Assembly (NCBI GenBank): GCA_030390025.1
Contig: JASTWF010000034.1
Span: 4,464,001 to 4,528,000 of the forward strand
Reading direction: 5' to 3'
DNA: 64,000 nucleotides
Source: Squalus acanthias
Lineage: Eukaryota
The notes below the pieces were generated by a model, which ran no database searches, was not told the DNA's origin, and saw only the letters and a program-made list of their open reading frames with translations. Position 1 is the stretch's first letter. Each line of letters opens with the position of its first letter. The translations under genes and the position numbers were made by a program. Shown piece after piece: positions 12,591 to 24,722 of the stretch.

Positions 12591-12833
12591 GATTAAAGTT
12601 CCTTCTACACTGTCCCATCAAATACTCCAAGAGCAGGTAGAGCATGGGTTAGATACAGGTTAAATCTACTTCTACACTGCCTCATCAAACATTTCCACAG
12701 CAGGTGCAGCACCTGTTAGGTGTAGGATAAATCTCCCTCTGCACTGTGCGATCAAATTCTCCCAAGGCAAGTACAGCACGAGTAAAGCTCCCACTACCCA
12801 ATCCCACCAAATACACCCAGGGCAGGTACAGCA

Positions 12834-12995
12834 CAGACCTTCCCTTTTGTTCTTTCCTCCCATTCCCCCTTTCCCTGCCTCGATACATGCTTAAAATCTG
12901 TTACATCTGTAACATTTTCCAGTTCTGATGAAAGGTCATTGAGCTGAAACATTGACACTGTTTCTCTCTCCACAGATGCTGCCTGACCTGCTGAG
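12834..12995 (+). mobile_element. Penelope-derived non-autonomous element carrying a hammerhead-ribozyme-like motif
   Basis: CTGATGA-aaggtcattgagct-GAAA-cattgac at 12925-12957, followed by tctctccacagatgctgcctgacctgctgag. Confidence 0.65.
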
Positions 12996-13224
12996 CAATG
13001 TTCCCTGGAAGGTTTTTGGTCGCGCGGCGATCTGTAAGATCCTGTGCACTTAAATTCACAGACCGCACAGTGAGCTGGAGCGGGCGGAGGAGCCCAATAC
13101 CCAAACACCCGGGATGCAAAGTAAACCTCCGTCAGCACTGCCTCATCAAACATTCCCAGGGCAACAACAGCAAGGGTTATATAAAGATTAAAGCTCTCTG
13201 CACTGTCCCAATCAAATGCTCCGA

Positions 13225-13466
13225 GGGCATGTATGGTGGCATAGTGGTTCGCACTGTTGACTCACAGCGCCAGGGACCCGGGTTCGAATCCGACCTCTGG
13301 GTGACTGTCTGTGTGGAGTTTGCACATTCTCCCCGTGTCTGCGTGGGTTTCCTCCGGGTGCTCCGGTTTCCTCCCACAGTCCAAAGATGTGCGGGTTAGG
13401 TTGATTTGGCTATGATAAATTGACCCTTAGTGTTAGGATTAAATACGTGGGGTTATGGGGATAGGT
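13225..13466 (+). mobile_element. tRNA-derived V-SINE (HE1-like), 3'-truncated
   Basis: A box tggcatagtgg at 13237, B box ggttcgaatcc at 13281, and V-domain gtggagtttgcacattctccccgtgtctgcgtgggtttcctccgggtgctccggtttcctcccacagtccaaag. Confidence 0.9.
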
Positions 13467-14419
13467 TCTGAAATGCTTAAATTTTTTAAAATTGAATGTT
13501 GTCAATTTTTGATTGTGTGTGATCAAGTGAAGTGATTAGCTTTACACAAACATGCAACCATGGTGTTGAGGAGGGGGAGGGCAGGGGAGGATTTGTAGGA
13601 TTTACAAATTACTTTTAAATGAATTTTTAAATATACCATTAAGACATAAAGGAAGAGAACGAAAAAAGGGAAAAACACAAAACCTTTTATTTTGCCTGTC
13701 GTTCTGTAGTCCTAACAAGTCACAGGAAAAATGTAAATATAGATTTCATCTTAAACATTTAGGGAAGTGTTAACAGAAACAAGAGATATGTGATGATATA
13801 TAAAAATTGCAGGAAACTATTTCATTTGTTTATTGACGAAGACACAGAAAATACTTTGATTAAACTGATAACATACAATTCGATTGAATGTTTGATATAG
13901 GAGATTAAAAATTGTGAGTACAATGAAGTTTGTTCCCCGCTTTTAATTGCGAAATATCTAAAATAATTCAAAATTTTTCTTGATAAGAGCAGGGAATAAT
14001 ATTGTGGAGAATGTTTGAGAGAAAAATATTAGAAGTGAAATTGGTAAATTATAAATCTTTACATCAACATATGAGTAAACATTTCCGAGTCAGTCTGACT
14101 GGTTCTCCTGTCCAGAAAGAAAGACAGATGTTTATTTCTGTTACATCACAGTTTTTCCTGCTTTCCGTTTATAATTCAGTGACACAAATTGTGTATGTGT
14201 TTTTCTGCACTTGTGAATAAGTGCTGCATTTCTGACCTGTTACATGGGTGGTGTGCTGGTTCAAGAAGACCACGTTTATTCATGGAAGTTGTTGAAGTTG
14301 AAAATACGGATACCCATTTTGTTCAGTGATTTTTAATACTGCGACTTAAAGAACAACACTTTATATTGGTTGATTGTCTGGTTGCATTGTGATTAATATT
14401 ATAATAACTTATGTGGACA

Positions 14420-15199
14420 TAAAATGTGGATGCAATATAATGCTGAGAGATGTGAAGTTATCCACTTTGCATTTCTATTTTTCCTACTAGAGTATTTTTT
14501 AAATGGTGAGAGTTTGAGAAATGTTGGTAGTCAGAGGGACCTTGGTGTCCTTGTACACGAATCACTGAACTTTAACCTGCAGGTACAGCAAGCAATTAGT
14601 AAAGCAAATGGTATGTTGGCCGTCATTACAAGTGGATTTGAGTATAAAAGTCTTATTGTAATTACAGTTTTGGTCACCTTACCTAAGGAATGATATACTT
14701 GTCAAAGAGGGAGTGCAAGTTCACCAGCCTGGTTCCTGGGATGGGGGTATTGACTATGAGGAGAGATTGAGTAGACGAAGCCTATATTCGCTAGAGTTTA
14801 GAAGAATGAGGTGTGATCTAATTGAAAAATACAAAATGCTTACTATGCTTGATTGGTTAGATGCAGGGAGGATGTTTCCCCTGGCCTGGGAGTCCAGAAC
14901 CAGGGGTCACAGTCTCAGAATAAGGGGTCGGCCATTTAGGACTGAGATGAGGAGAAATTTCTTCATTCAGAGGGTGGTGAATCCTTGGAATTCTATAGCC
15001 CAGAGAGCTGTGGAGACTCAGTCATTGAGTATATTCAAGACAGAGATCGATAGATTTTTGAATATTGAGGGAATCAAGGGATATGGTGATAGTGCAGGAA
15101 AGTGGAGATGAGGTAGAAGATCAGCCATGATCATATTGAATTGCGGAGCAGGCTCGAAGGGCCAAATGGCCGACTCCTGCTCCTATGTCTTATGTTCTT
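14420..15199 (+). mobile_element. Old 5'-truncated CR1 (RT C-terminus plus 3' UTR)
   Basis: WMQYNAERCEVIHF, RDLGVLV, TRGHSLRI and FFIQRVV motifs. Tail tcctatgtcttatgttctta. Confidence 0.92.
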
Positions 15200-15244
15200 A
15201 AAGCTCCCTCAATACTCTCCCATCAAATAATTCCAGGCAGGCTC

Positions 15245-15385
15245 ACAAAAAGCAAAATACTGTGGATGCTGGAAATCTGAAGTAAAAACAGAAAATGCTG
15301 GAAATACTCAGCAGGTCAGGTAGCATCTGTGGAGAGAGAAAGAGAGTTAACAACGTTTCAGGTCGTGGACCTTTCATTGGAACAG
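15245..15385 (-). mobile_element. Penelope-derived element with a degenerate hammerhead motif (same family as 12834-12995)
   Basis: Reverse strand reads ccaatga-aaggtccacgacct-gaaa-cgttgttaac...tctctccacagatgctacctgacctgctgag. Confidence 0.65.
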
Positions 15386-15419
15386 GCAGGTACCCATGGA
15401 TTAGATAAAGAGTAATGGA

Positions 15420-15736
15420 CCACTCACCTCACTTTAACACTCTGATATACCCCACACAATTCACTGTAACACACTGATATAGCCCACACCATTCACTTTA
15501 ACACACTGATATACCCCACACCATTCACTTTAACACTGATATACCCCACAAACCTCACTGTAACACTCTGATATACCCCACAAACCTCACTGTAACACTC
15601 AGTTACTGAACACCCCTCACTGTAACACTGATATACCCCACATCAATCACTATAATAAACTGATATACCCCACAACCCATCACTGTAACACTCTGATATA
15701 AACCACACCCCTCACTATAACAATGATATAGCCCAC
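15420..15736. repeat. ~32-bp minisatellite (acactctgatataccccacaccctcactgtaac) running into the gap
   Basis: Tandem units. This is the reverse complement of the array at 60310-64000. Confidence 0.9.
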
Positions 15737-15936
15737 NNNNNNNNNNNNNNNNNNNNNNNNNNNNNNNNNNNNNNNNNNNNNNNNNNNNNNNNNNNNNNNN
15801 NNNNNNNNNNNNNNNNNNNNNNNNNNNNNNNNNNNNNNNNNNNNNNNNNNNNNNNNNNNNNNNNNNNNNNNNNNNNNNNNNNNNNNNNNNNNNNNNNNNN
15901 NNNNNNNNNNNNNNNNNNNNNNNNNNNNNNNNNNNN
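15737..15936. other. Assembly gap (200 N)
   Basis: Run of N. Confidence 1.
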
Positions 15937-17796
15937 AAAGATAGGGCGTATAAAATAGCCAAAAAACGCGCCAGAGCGGAAGATTGGGAACAGTTTAAGA
16001 TAGAGCAAAGGAGGGCAAAGGGCTTAATCAAGAAGGGCAAAATAGCTTACGAAAGCAAGCTGGCGGAAAATATAAAAACTAACTCCAAAAGCTTTTATAA
16101 GTATATCAAGAGGAAAAGACTGGTGAAAACCAAAGTTGGTCCATTGCAGTCAGATACGGGGGAATATATAATGGGAAATAAGGAAATGGCAGACCAACTA
16201 AATGCATACTTTGGGTCAGTCTTTACGAAGGAAGACACAAAAAACCTCCCTGGGATATCGGGAAAAATAGGGACATTGGCAAAGGAGGAACTGACGCAAA
16301 TCAATATCTCTAAGGATATGGTGTTAAGGAAGCTAAAGGGATTGAAGGCGGACAAATCCCCAGGGCCTGATAACATGCATCCTAGGGTACTGAAGGAGGT
16401 GGCCCTAGAGATAGCGGATGCACTAAGCATGATTTTTCAGAATTCATTAGACTCGGGAACAGTGCCCATGGATTGGAGGGTAGCTAACGTTACCCCACTA
16501 TTCAAAAAGGGGGGTAGGGAAAAAGCAGGTAATTACAGACCTGTAAGCCTTACATCAGTTGTGGGCAAAATGCTGGAGTCCATCATTAAGGATGAAATAG
16601 CCGAGCACTTAGCAAATGGGGACAGGATAGGACAGAGTCAACATGGATTTACAAAGGGTAAATCGTGCTTGACTAATCTATTGGAATTTTTTGAGGGAGT
16701 AACTGGTAAAATAGATGGGGGAGAGCCAGTAGATGTGGTGTACCTGGACTTCCAAAAGGCCTTCGATAAGGTCCCACATAAAAGATTAGCATGGAAAATT
16801 GAAGCTCATGGGATAAAGGGGAAAGTATTGACGTGGATAGAGAACTGGCTGTCAGATAGAAAACAGAGAGTTGGAATAAACGGCTCATTTTCTGAATGGC
16901 AGGCAGTAACAAGTGGGGTACCACAGGGATCTGTCCTGGGTCCCCAGCTGTTCACAATTTATATTAATGACCTGGATCAGGGAGTCGAATGCAGCATTTC
17001 CAAATTTGCAGACGACACTAAACTAGGAGGGGGGGTGGGCTCAGAGGAGGAGACCAGGAAGCTCCAGAGCGATTTGGACAGACTGGGTGATTGGGCGGAT
17101 AAATGGCAGATGCACTATAATGTGGACAAGTGCGAAGTTATCCACCTTGGGTGCAGGAACGGGAGGGCAAATTATTATTTAAATGGCAATAAATTGGGAG
17201 AGGGGGAAGTACAGAGAGACCTGGGTGTTCTTGTACACCAGTCACTGAAGGCGAGCATGCAGGTGCAACAGGCGGTCAAGAAGGCAAACGGTATGCTGGC
17301 CTTCATAGCAAAAGGGTTGGAATACAGGAACAGGGATACCTTGCTGCAGCTGTACAGGGCACTGGTGAGACCACACCTCGAGTACTGTGTACAGTTTTGG
17401 TCGCCTCATCTGAGGAAAGATGTTCTTGCCATGGAGGGGGTGCAGCGGCGATTCACCAGGCTGATACCAGGAATGGCGGGATTGACCTATGAGGAGAGAC
17501 TATGTAGTTTAGGGATGTACACACTGGAGTTTAGAAGATTGAGAGGGGACCTCATAGAAGTGTATAAAATTCTGACAGGTCTAGACAGATTAGATGCAGA
17601 AGGAATGTTTCCCTTGGCGGGTGAGAACAGAACTAGAGGACATAATTTAAGGATAAGGGCTAAACCATTTAGGACAGAAATGAGGGGGAATTTCTTCACT
17701 CAGAGAGTGGTGAACCTGTGGAACTCATTGCCACAGAGGGCAGTGTACGCCAGCTCATTAAATATATTTAAGAGGGAATTAGATATATTTCTATAG
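15937..17796 (+). CDS. CR1 ORF2 reverse transcriptase (partial; TAG 15 codons before the usual C-terminus)
   Basis: 557-aa ORF 16123-17796 extends in frame back to the gap. After the TAG the frame continues AKGVKGYGEKAGTGY*. Confidence 0.8.
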   Translation, partial: KDRAYKIAKKRARAEDWEQFKIEQRRAKGLIKKGKIAYESKLAENIKTNSKSFYKYIKRKRLVKTKVGPLQSDTGEYIMGNKEMADQLNAYFGSVFTKEDTKNLPGISGKIGTLAKEELTQINISKDMVLRKLKGLKADKSPGPDNMHPRVLKEVALEIADALSMIFQNSLDSGTVPMDWRVANVTPLFKKGGREKAGNYRPVSLTSVVGKMLESIIKDEIAEHLANGDRIGQSQHGFTKGKSCLTNLLEFFEGVTGKIDGGEPVDVVYLDFQKAFDKVPHKRLAWKIEAHGIKGKVLTWIENWLSDRKQRVGINGSFSEWQAVTSGVPQGSVLGPQLFTIYINDLDQGVECSISKFADDTKLGGGVGSEEETRKLQSDLDRLGDWADKWQMHYNVDKCEVIHLGCRNGRANYYLNGNKLGEGEVQRDLGVLVHQSLKASMQVQQAVKKANGMLAFIAKGLEYRNRDTLLQLYRALVRPHLEYCVQFWSPHLRKDVLAMEGVQRRFTRLIPGMAGLTYEERLCSLGMYTLEFRRLRGDLIEVYKILTGLDRLDAEGMFPLAGENRTRGHNLRIRAKPFRTEMRGNFFTQRVVNLWNSLPQRAVYASSLNIFKRELDIFL

Positions 17797-17948
17797 GCAA
17801 AAGGGGTTAAGGGTTACGGAGAGAAGGCGGGGACGGGATACTGAATTGAAGGATCAGCCATGATCTCATTAAATGGCGGAGCAGGCTCGAAGGGCCGGAT
17901 GGCCTACTCCTGCTCCTATCTTCTATGTATCTATGTATGTATCTATGT
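15937..17948 (+). mobile_element. Young CR1 LINE, ORF2 RT region plus 3' UTR; 5' part lost in the gap
   Basis: The frame is open from the gap edge to 17796. RT motifs SGVPQGSVLGP and KFADD. (ctatgtat)n tail. Confidence 0.96.
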
Positions 17949-20900
17949 AACTTTATCCCCCGGTGTAGGGGGTATCATGTCTAAATTAACAATTAACTGT
18001 TTAATTTTATTCCCCGGTTCAGAGGGCATCAAGTCAAATTAACAATTAACTTTAACATTATTCCCCACTGTAGAGGATATCATGTCAAATTAACAATTAA
18101 ATGTAACTTTATTCCACCGGTGAAGAGGATATCATGTCAAATTAACAATTACCAGTAAATTTATTCCCTGGTGTAGAGGGTTTCATGCCGAAATTAAGAA
18201 TCAACTGATAATTTATTCCCCGGTGTAGAGGGTACCATTTCAAATTAACTCCCTCTTTATTCCCCAGGGTACAGATTATCATGTTAAAAAAATGACTGTA
18301 ACTTTTTACCCCTGTGTAGAGGGCATCATGTCAAATTATCAATTACATGTAACTTCATTCCCCGGTGTCGAGGGAATCATGAATAAATTAACAGTTAACT
18401 GTTAACTTTTTCCCTGGTGTAGAGGGTATCATCTCTAAGTTAACAATTAACTGCAACTTTATTCCCCGGTGTACAGGATATCATATCAAATTACCAATTA
18501 ATTGTAAAAAAAAATCCCGGTGTAGTTGGTATCATATCAAATTAACAGTTAACTGTAACTTTATTCCCCGGTATACAGGGTATCATGTCAAATTAACAAT
18601 TAACTGTAACTTTATTCCACGATTTGGTCGGTATCATGTTTAAATTAACAATTAACTGTAAGTTTATTCCCCGGTGTAGAGGGTATCATGTCTCTGTTAA
18701 CAACCTACTGTTACTTTATCACACGGTGTAGGGGGTATCATTTCTAAATTAACAATTCACTGTAACTTTATTCCCCGGTGTAGAGGGCATCATGTCTAAA
18801 TTAACCATTAAATGTAACTTGATTCCCCTTTGTAGAAGGTATCATATCTAAATTAACAATTAACTGTAACTCTATTCTCCGGTTTAGAGGGTATCGTTTC
18901 TAAATTAACAATTAACTGTAACTTTATTCCCCGGTGTAGAGGGCGTAATGGAAAATTAACAATTAACTGTAACTTTATTCCCTGGTGTAGAGCACATCAT
19001 TTCAAAATTAGCAATTAACTGTAACTATATTCCCCGGTGTGGAGGGAATCATGTCTAAATTAACAATTAAATGTAACTTTATTCACCGTTGTAGAGGGCA
19101 GCATTTAAAATTAAATATTAACTGTATCTATATTCACTGGCGTAGAGGGTATCATGTCAAATTAACAAATAACTAACTTTATTCCCCGATGTAGAAGGAA
19201 TCATGTCTAAATTAACAATTAATTGTAACTTTATTCTACTATGTAGCGAAAACCATGTCTAAATTAACAATTAACTGTAATTTTATTCCCCTGTGTAGAG
19301 GGTATCATGTCTAAATTATCAATTAACTGTAACTTTATTCCCCAGTGTAGAGGGCATCATGTCGAAATTAAGAAGTACCTGTAACTTTATTCCCCGGTGT
19401 AGAGGGCATAATGTCAAATTAACAATTAACTGTAACCTTATTCTGCGTTGTATAGGGGGATCATTTCAAATTAACAATAAAGTGTAAATATATTCCCTGA
19501 TGTAGAGGGTATAATGTCAAATTAAATAATAACTGTGACTTTGTATCCTCAGTGTAGAGGGTATGATGTTTAAATTGACAATTAACTGTTACTTTTTACT
19601 CTGGTGTAAAGGGTAGCACGTCACATTAGCAATTGCCAGTAACTTTATTCCCTGGTGTGGCGGGAATCATTTCTTAATTTACAATTAACTGTAAATTTAT
19701 TCCCCTGTGTAGAAGGTATCATGTCTAAATTAACAATTATCTGTAACTTTATTCAGCCGTTTAGAGGGCATCATGTCAAATTAACAATTAACTGTACCTT
19801 TATTCTGCAGTATAGAGAGCATCATTTCAAATTAATAATGAACTGTAACTATATCCCCCGGTGTTGAGGGAATCATGTCTAAATTAACAAATTAACTGTA
19901 AATGTATTCCCCTGTGGAGAAGGTATCATGTCAAATTAACAATTAAATGTAACTTTATTCCACCGGTGAAGAGGATATCATGTCAAATTAACAATTACCA
20001 GTAAATTTATTCCCTGGTGTAGAGGGTTTCATGCCGAAATTAAGAATCAACTGATAATTTATTCCCCGGTGTAGAGGGTACCATTTCAAATTAACTCCCT
20101 CTTTATTCCCCAGGGTACAGATTATCATGTTAAAAAAATGACTGTAACTTTTCACCCCAGTGTAGAGGGCATCATGTCAAATTATCAATTACACGTAACT
20201 TAATTCCCCGGTGTCGAGGGAATCATGAATAAATTAACAGTTAACTGTTAATTTTTTCCCTGGTGTAGAGGGTATCATCTCTAAGTTAACAATTAACTGC
20301 AACTTTATTCCCCGGTGTAGAGGATATCATATCAAATTACCAATTAATTGTAAAAAAAAATCCCGGTGTAGTTGGTATCATATCAAATTAACAGTTAACT
20401 GTAACTTTATTCCCCGGTATACAGGGTAGCATTTCTCAATTAACAATTAACTGCAATGTTATTATCAGGTGTTGAGGGCATCATGTCTCAATTAACAATT
20501 AACTGTAACTTTATTTCCTGCTGTAGAGCGCATCATGTCAAAATTAGCAATTAACTGCAACTATATTCCCCGGTGTGGAGGGAATCATGTCTAAATTCAC
20601 AATTAAACGTAACTTTATTTCTCTTTGCAGAACGTATCATGTCTAAATTAACAATTAACTGTAACTATATTCCCCGATTTGGAGGGTATCATGTTCAAAT
20701 TAACAATTAACTGTAAGTTTATTCCCCAGTGTAGAGGTTATCATGTCTAAATTAACAATTAACTATAACTTTATTCCCCGGTGTAGCGGATATCATGTCG
20801 AATTAACAATTGTCTGTAACTTTGTTCCCCGGTGTAGAGTGTACCATTTCAAATTAGCTCCAACTTTATTCCCCAGTGTAGAGATTACCACGTTAAAAAA

Positions 20901-21938
20901 AAATGACTGCAACTTTATTCCCCAGTGTAGAGGGCATCATGTCAAATTATCAATTACATGTAACTTCATTCCCCGGTGTGGAGGGAATCATGACAAATTA
21001 ACATTTTTTTGCAACTTTATTCCCCGATGTAGAGGGAATCGTGTCGAAATTAACAATTAACTGTAACTTTATTCCCTATTTAGAGGGCATCGTGTCAAAA
21101 TTAGCAATTAACTGTAACTATATTCCCCGGTGTGGCGGGAATCATGTCTAAATTAAACATTAAATGTAACGTTTTTCCCTTTGTAGAAGGTAGCATGTCT
21201 TAATTTCCCATTAACTGTAACTATATACCCCGGTTTGTAGGGAATCATGTCTAAATTAACAATTAACAGTTACTTTATTCACCGTTGTAGAGGGCACCAT
21301 GTCTGAATTAAAAATTTACTGTAAATGTATTCACCATTGCAGAGCGCATCATTTCAAATTAAAAATTAAGTGTAACTATATTCACTAGTGTAGAAGGTAT
21401 CATGTCAAATTAAAAATTAACTAACTTTATTACCCGATGTAGAAGGAATCATGTCTAATTAGCAATTAACTGTAAATTTAATCCCCAGTGTAGAGGGCAT
21501 CATTTCGAAATTCACAAATAAATGGAAATTTATTCTCCATTGTAGAGGGCATCATGTCTAAGTTAACCATTAACTGTAACTTTATTCCCCGGTGTAGAGG
21601 GTATCATTTCAAATTAACAATTAACTGTAATATTATTCCCCGGTGTAGAGGGTATCATGTCTAAATTAACAATGAACTGTAACTTTATTCTCTTTTATAG
21701 AGTTTATCATGTGAAATTAATAATTAACTGTAACATTATTCCCCTGTGTAGAGGGCATCATGTCAAATTAATAATTATCCTTAACTTTATTCCCCAGTGC
21801 AGCGGATATCATTTCAAATTAACAATTAACTGTATCTTTATTCCCCGGTTTAGAGGGTATAATGTAAAATTAGCAATTAACTGTAACATTATTTCCCGGC
21901 ATAGAGGGTATCATGTCAAATTAACAATGAATTGTTAC

Positions 21939-22893
21939 TGTGAGGTGATGCACTTTGGCAGGAAAAATCCTAGAGCAATTTATTATCTTAATGGCAAGAA
22001 ACTGGAGAGTACTGAAGTGCAAAGGGATCTGGGGGTCCTGGTGCACGAAACTCAAAAGGTTAGTATGCAGGTGCAGCAAGTGATTAAGAAGGCAAATGGA
22101 ATGTTGGCTTTCATTGCTTGGGGGATAGAATATAAAAATAGGGAGGTATTGCTTCAGTTGTACAGGTATTGGTGAGACCGCACCTGGAATACTGCATACA
22201 GTTTTCGTGTCCTTACTTAAGGAAGGACATCCTTGCTCTCGAGGCAGTGCAAAAAAGGTTCACTCGGTTAATCCCGGGAATGAGGGGGTGGTCATATAAG
22301 GAGAGGTTGGGTAGATTGGGACTCTACTCATTGGAGTTCAGAATAATGAGAGGCGATCTTATTGAAACATATAAGATTGTGAAGGGGTTGGATCGGGTGG
22401 ATGCGGGGAGGATGTTCCCGATGACGGGTGAGACTAGAACTAGGGGACATAGTCTTAGAATAAGGGGCTGCTCTTTCAAAACTGAGATGAGGAGGAACTA
22501 CTTCACTCAGAGGGTGGGAGGACCATGGAATATGCTGCCACAAAAAGCTGTAGAAGCTACATCATTAAATAAATTTAAAACAGAAATAGACAGTTTCCTA
22601 GAAGTAAAGGGCATTAAGGGTTACGGGGAGCGGGCAGGAATTTGGACATGAGTCTAGGTTCGGATCGGTCATGGCCCTATGGGTAGTGGAGCGGGCCCAG
22701 GGACCGTGTAGCCTGATTCTGCTCCTATTTCGTGTGTGCAATTCTGTTAGATGCAGGAGATGGTTCTGTGATAGTAGATAGTAGATTGGCGGTTAGAATC
22801 AGATCAGCCATGATCTTATTGAATAGCGGAGCAGGCTCGAGGGGCCGATTGTCCTACTCCTGCTCCTATTTCTTATGTTCTTATGTTCTTATG
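21939..22893 (+). mobile_element. 5'-truncated CR1 in the satellite, copy 1
   Basis: CEVMHFGRKN...GYGERAGIWT*, with a (ttcttatg)n tail. Flanked by tact on both sides. Confidence 0.95.
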
Positions 22894-23767
22894 TACTTTA
22901 TTCCCTGGTGTAGAGTTTATCATGTCAAATTAATAATTAACTGTAACATTATTCCCCGGTGTTGAGGGAATCATATCTAAATTAAGAATTGAGTGTTCAT
23001 TTATAACCCGGTGTAGAGGGCATCATGTCAAATTAATAATTATCCTTAACTTTATTCCCCAGTGTAGAGGATATCATTTCAAATTAACAATTAACTGTAA
23101 ATTTATTCCTGGTGAAGAGGATATCATGTCAATTTAACAAGTACCGGTAATTTTTTTCCCCGGTGTAGCGGGTATCATATCAAATTAACAATTAACTGTG
23201 ACGTTGCTACCCGGTGTAGAGGGTATCATGTCAAATTAACAATCAGCTGTAACTTTTTTCCAATGTGTAGAGTGTGACATGTCCATTTAAGAATTAACTG
23301 TAACTTTATTCACCGCTGTAGAGGGTATCATGTCTAAATTAAAAATTAACTTTTACTTTATTCTCTGGTGTAGAGGATGTAATATCTAAATCAACACGCT
23401 TACAGTAACTTTACTCCACAGTGTAGAGGGTATCATGTCAAATTAACAACTGACGGTAACTATATTCCCCAGTTTAGAGGGAAACATGTCTAAATTAACA
23501 ATTAACTGTAACTTTATTCCCCGGTGTAGCGGGAATCAAGTCAAATTAACATTTAACTTAAACTTTATTCCTTGGTGTAGAGTGCATCATGTCTAAATTA
23601 ACAATTAACTGTAACATTATTCCCCGGTGCTGAGTCGCAATTTCAAATGAACAATTAACTGTATCTTTATTCCCCGGTTTAGAGGGTATAATGTAAAATT
23701 AGCAATTAACTGTAACATTATTTCCCGGCATAGAGGGTATCATGTCAAATTAACAATGAATTGTTAC

Positions 23768-24722
23768 TGTGAGGTGATGCACTTTGGCAGGAAAAATCCT
23801 AGAGCAATTTATTATCTTAATGGCAAGAAACTGGAGAGTACTGAAGTGCAAAGGGATCTGGGGGTCCTGGTGCACGAAACTCAAAAGGTTAGTATGCTGG
23901 TGCAGCAAGTGATTAAGAAGGCAAATGGAATGTTGGCTTTCATTGCTTGGGGGATAGAATATAAAAATAGGGAGGTATTGCTTCAGTTGTACAGGTATTG
24001 GTGAGACCGCACCTGGAATACTGCATACAGTTTTCGTGTCCTTACTTAAGGAAGGACATCCTTGCTCTCGAGGCAGTGCAAAAAAGGTTCACTCGGTTAA
24101 TCCCGGGAATGAGGGGGTGGTCATATAAGGAGAGGTTGGGTAGATTGGGACTCTACTCATTGGAGTTCAGAATAATGAGAGGCGATCTTATTGAAACATA
24201 TAAGATTGTGAAGGGGTTGGATCGGGTGGATGCGGGGAGGATGTTCCCGATGACGGGTGAGACTAGAACTAGGGGACATAGTCTTAGAATAAGGGGCTGC
24301 TCTTTCAAAACTGAGATGAGGAGGAACTACTTCACTCAGAGGGTGGGAGGACCATGGAATATGCTGCCACAAAAAGCTGTAGAAGCTACATCATTAAATA
24401 AATTTAAAACAGAAATAGACAGTTTCCTAGAAGTAAAGGGCATTAAGGGTTACGGGGAGCGGGCAGGAATTTGGACATGAGTCTAGGTTCGGATCGGTCA
24501 TGGCCCTGTGGGTAGTGGAGCGGGCCCAGGGACCGTGTAGCCTGATTCTGCTCCTATTTCGTGTGTGCAATTCTGTTAGATGCAGGAGATGGTTCTGTGA
24601 TAGTAGATAGTAGATTGGCGGTTAGAATCAGATCAGCCATGATCTTATTGAATGGCGGAGCAGGCTCGAGGGGCCGATTGTCCTACTCCTGCTCCTATTT
24701 CTTATGTTCTTATGTTCTTATG
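23768..24722 (+). mobile_element. 5'-truncated CR1 in the satellite, copy 2 (duplicate, offset 1829 bp)
   Basis: Same junctions and the same frameshift as 21939-22893, with only a few substitutions. Confidence 0.95.

Larger units (their letters stand above)
12205..13224. repeat. ~65/66-bp satellite (ttagatacagagtaaagctccctctacactgtcccatcaaacactcccagggcaggtacagcacggg), interrupted by short insertions
   Basis: Units recur at about 12284, 12349 and 12415. Further remnants occur at 15200-15240 and 15385-15420. Confidence 0.85.

Noticed and set aside
12996..13110. D-segment-like arrangement ggtttttgg...tcctgtg / cacagtg...ccaaacacc
   Set aside because: The spacers would be 20 and 28 bp, not 12 or 22/23, and there are no V, J or C exons nearby. 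The segment starts with caatgttccct, which looks more like a DNA-transposon (MITE) end.
13225..13300. tRNA gene (also 27339-27410)
   Set aside because: The A and B boxes run directly into the V-SINE body, so these are SINE heads rather than tRNA genes.
15603..16040. ORFs spanning the N run
   Set aside because: They are artefacts of translating through the gap.
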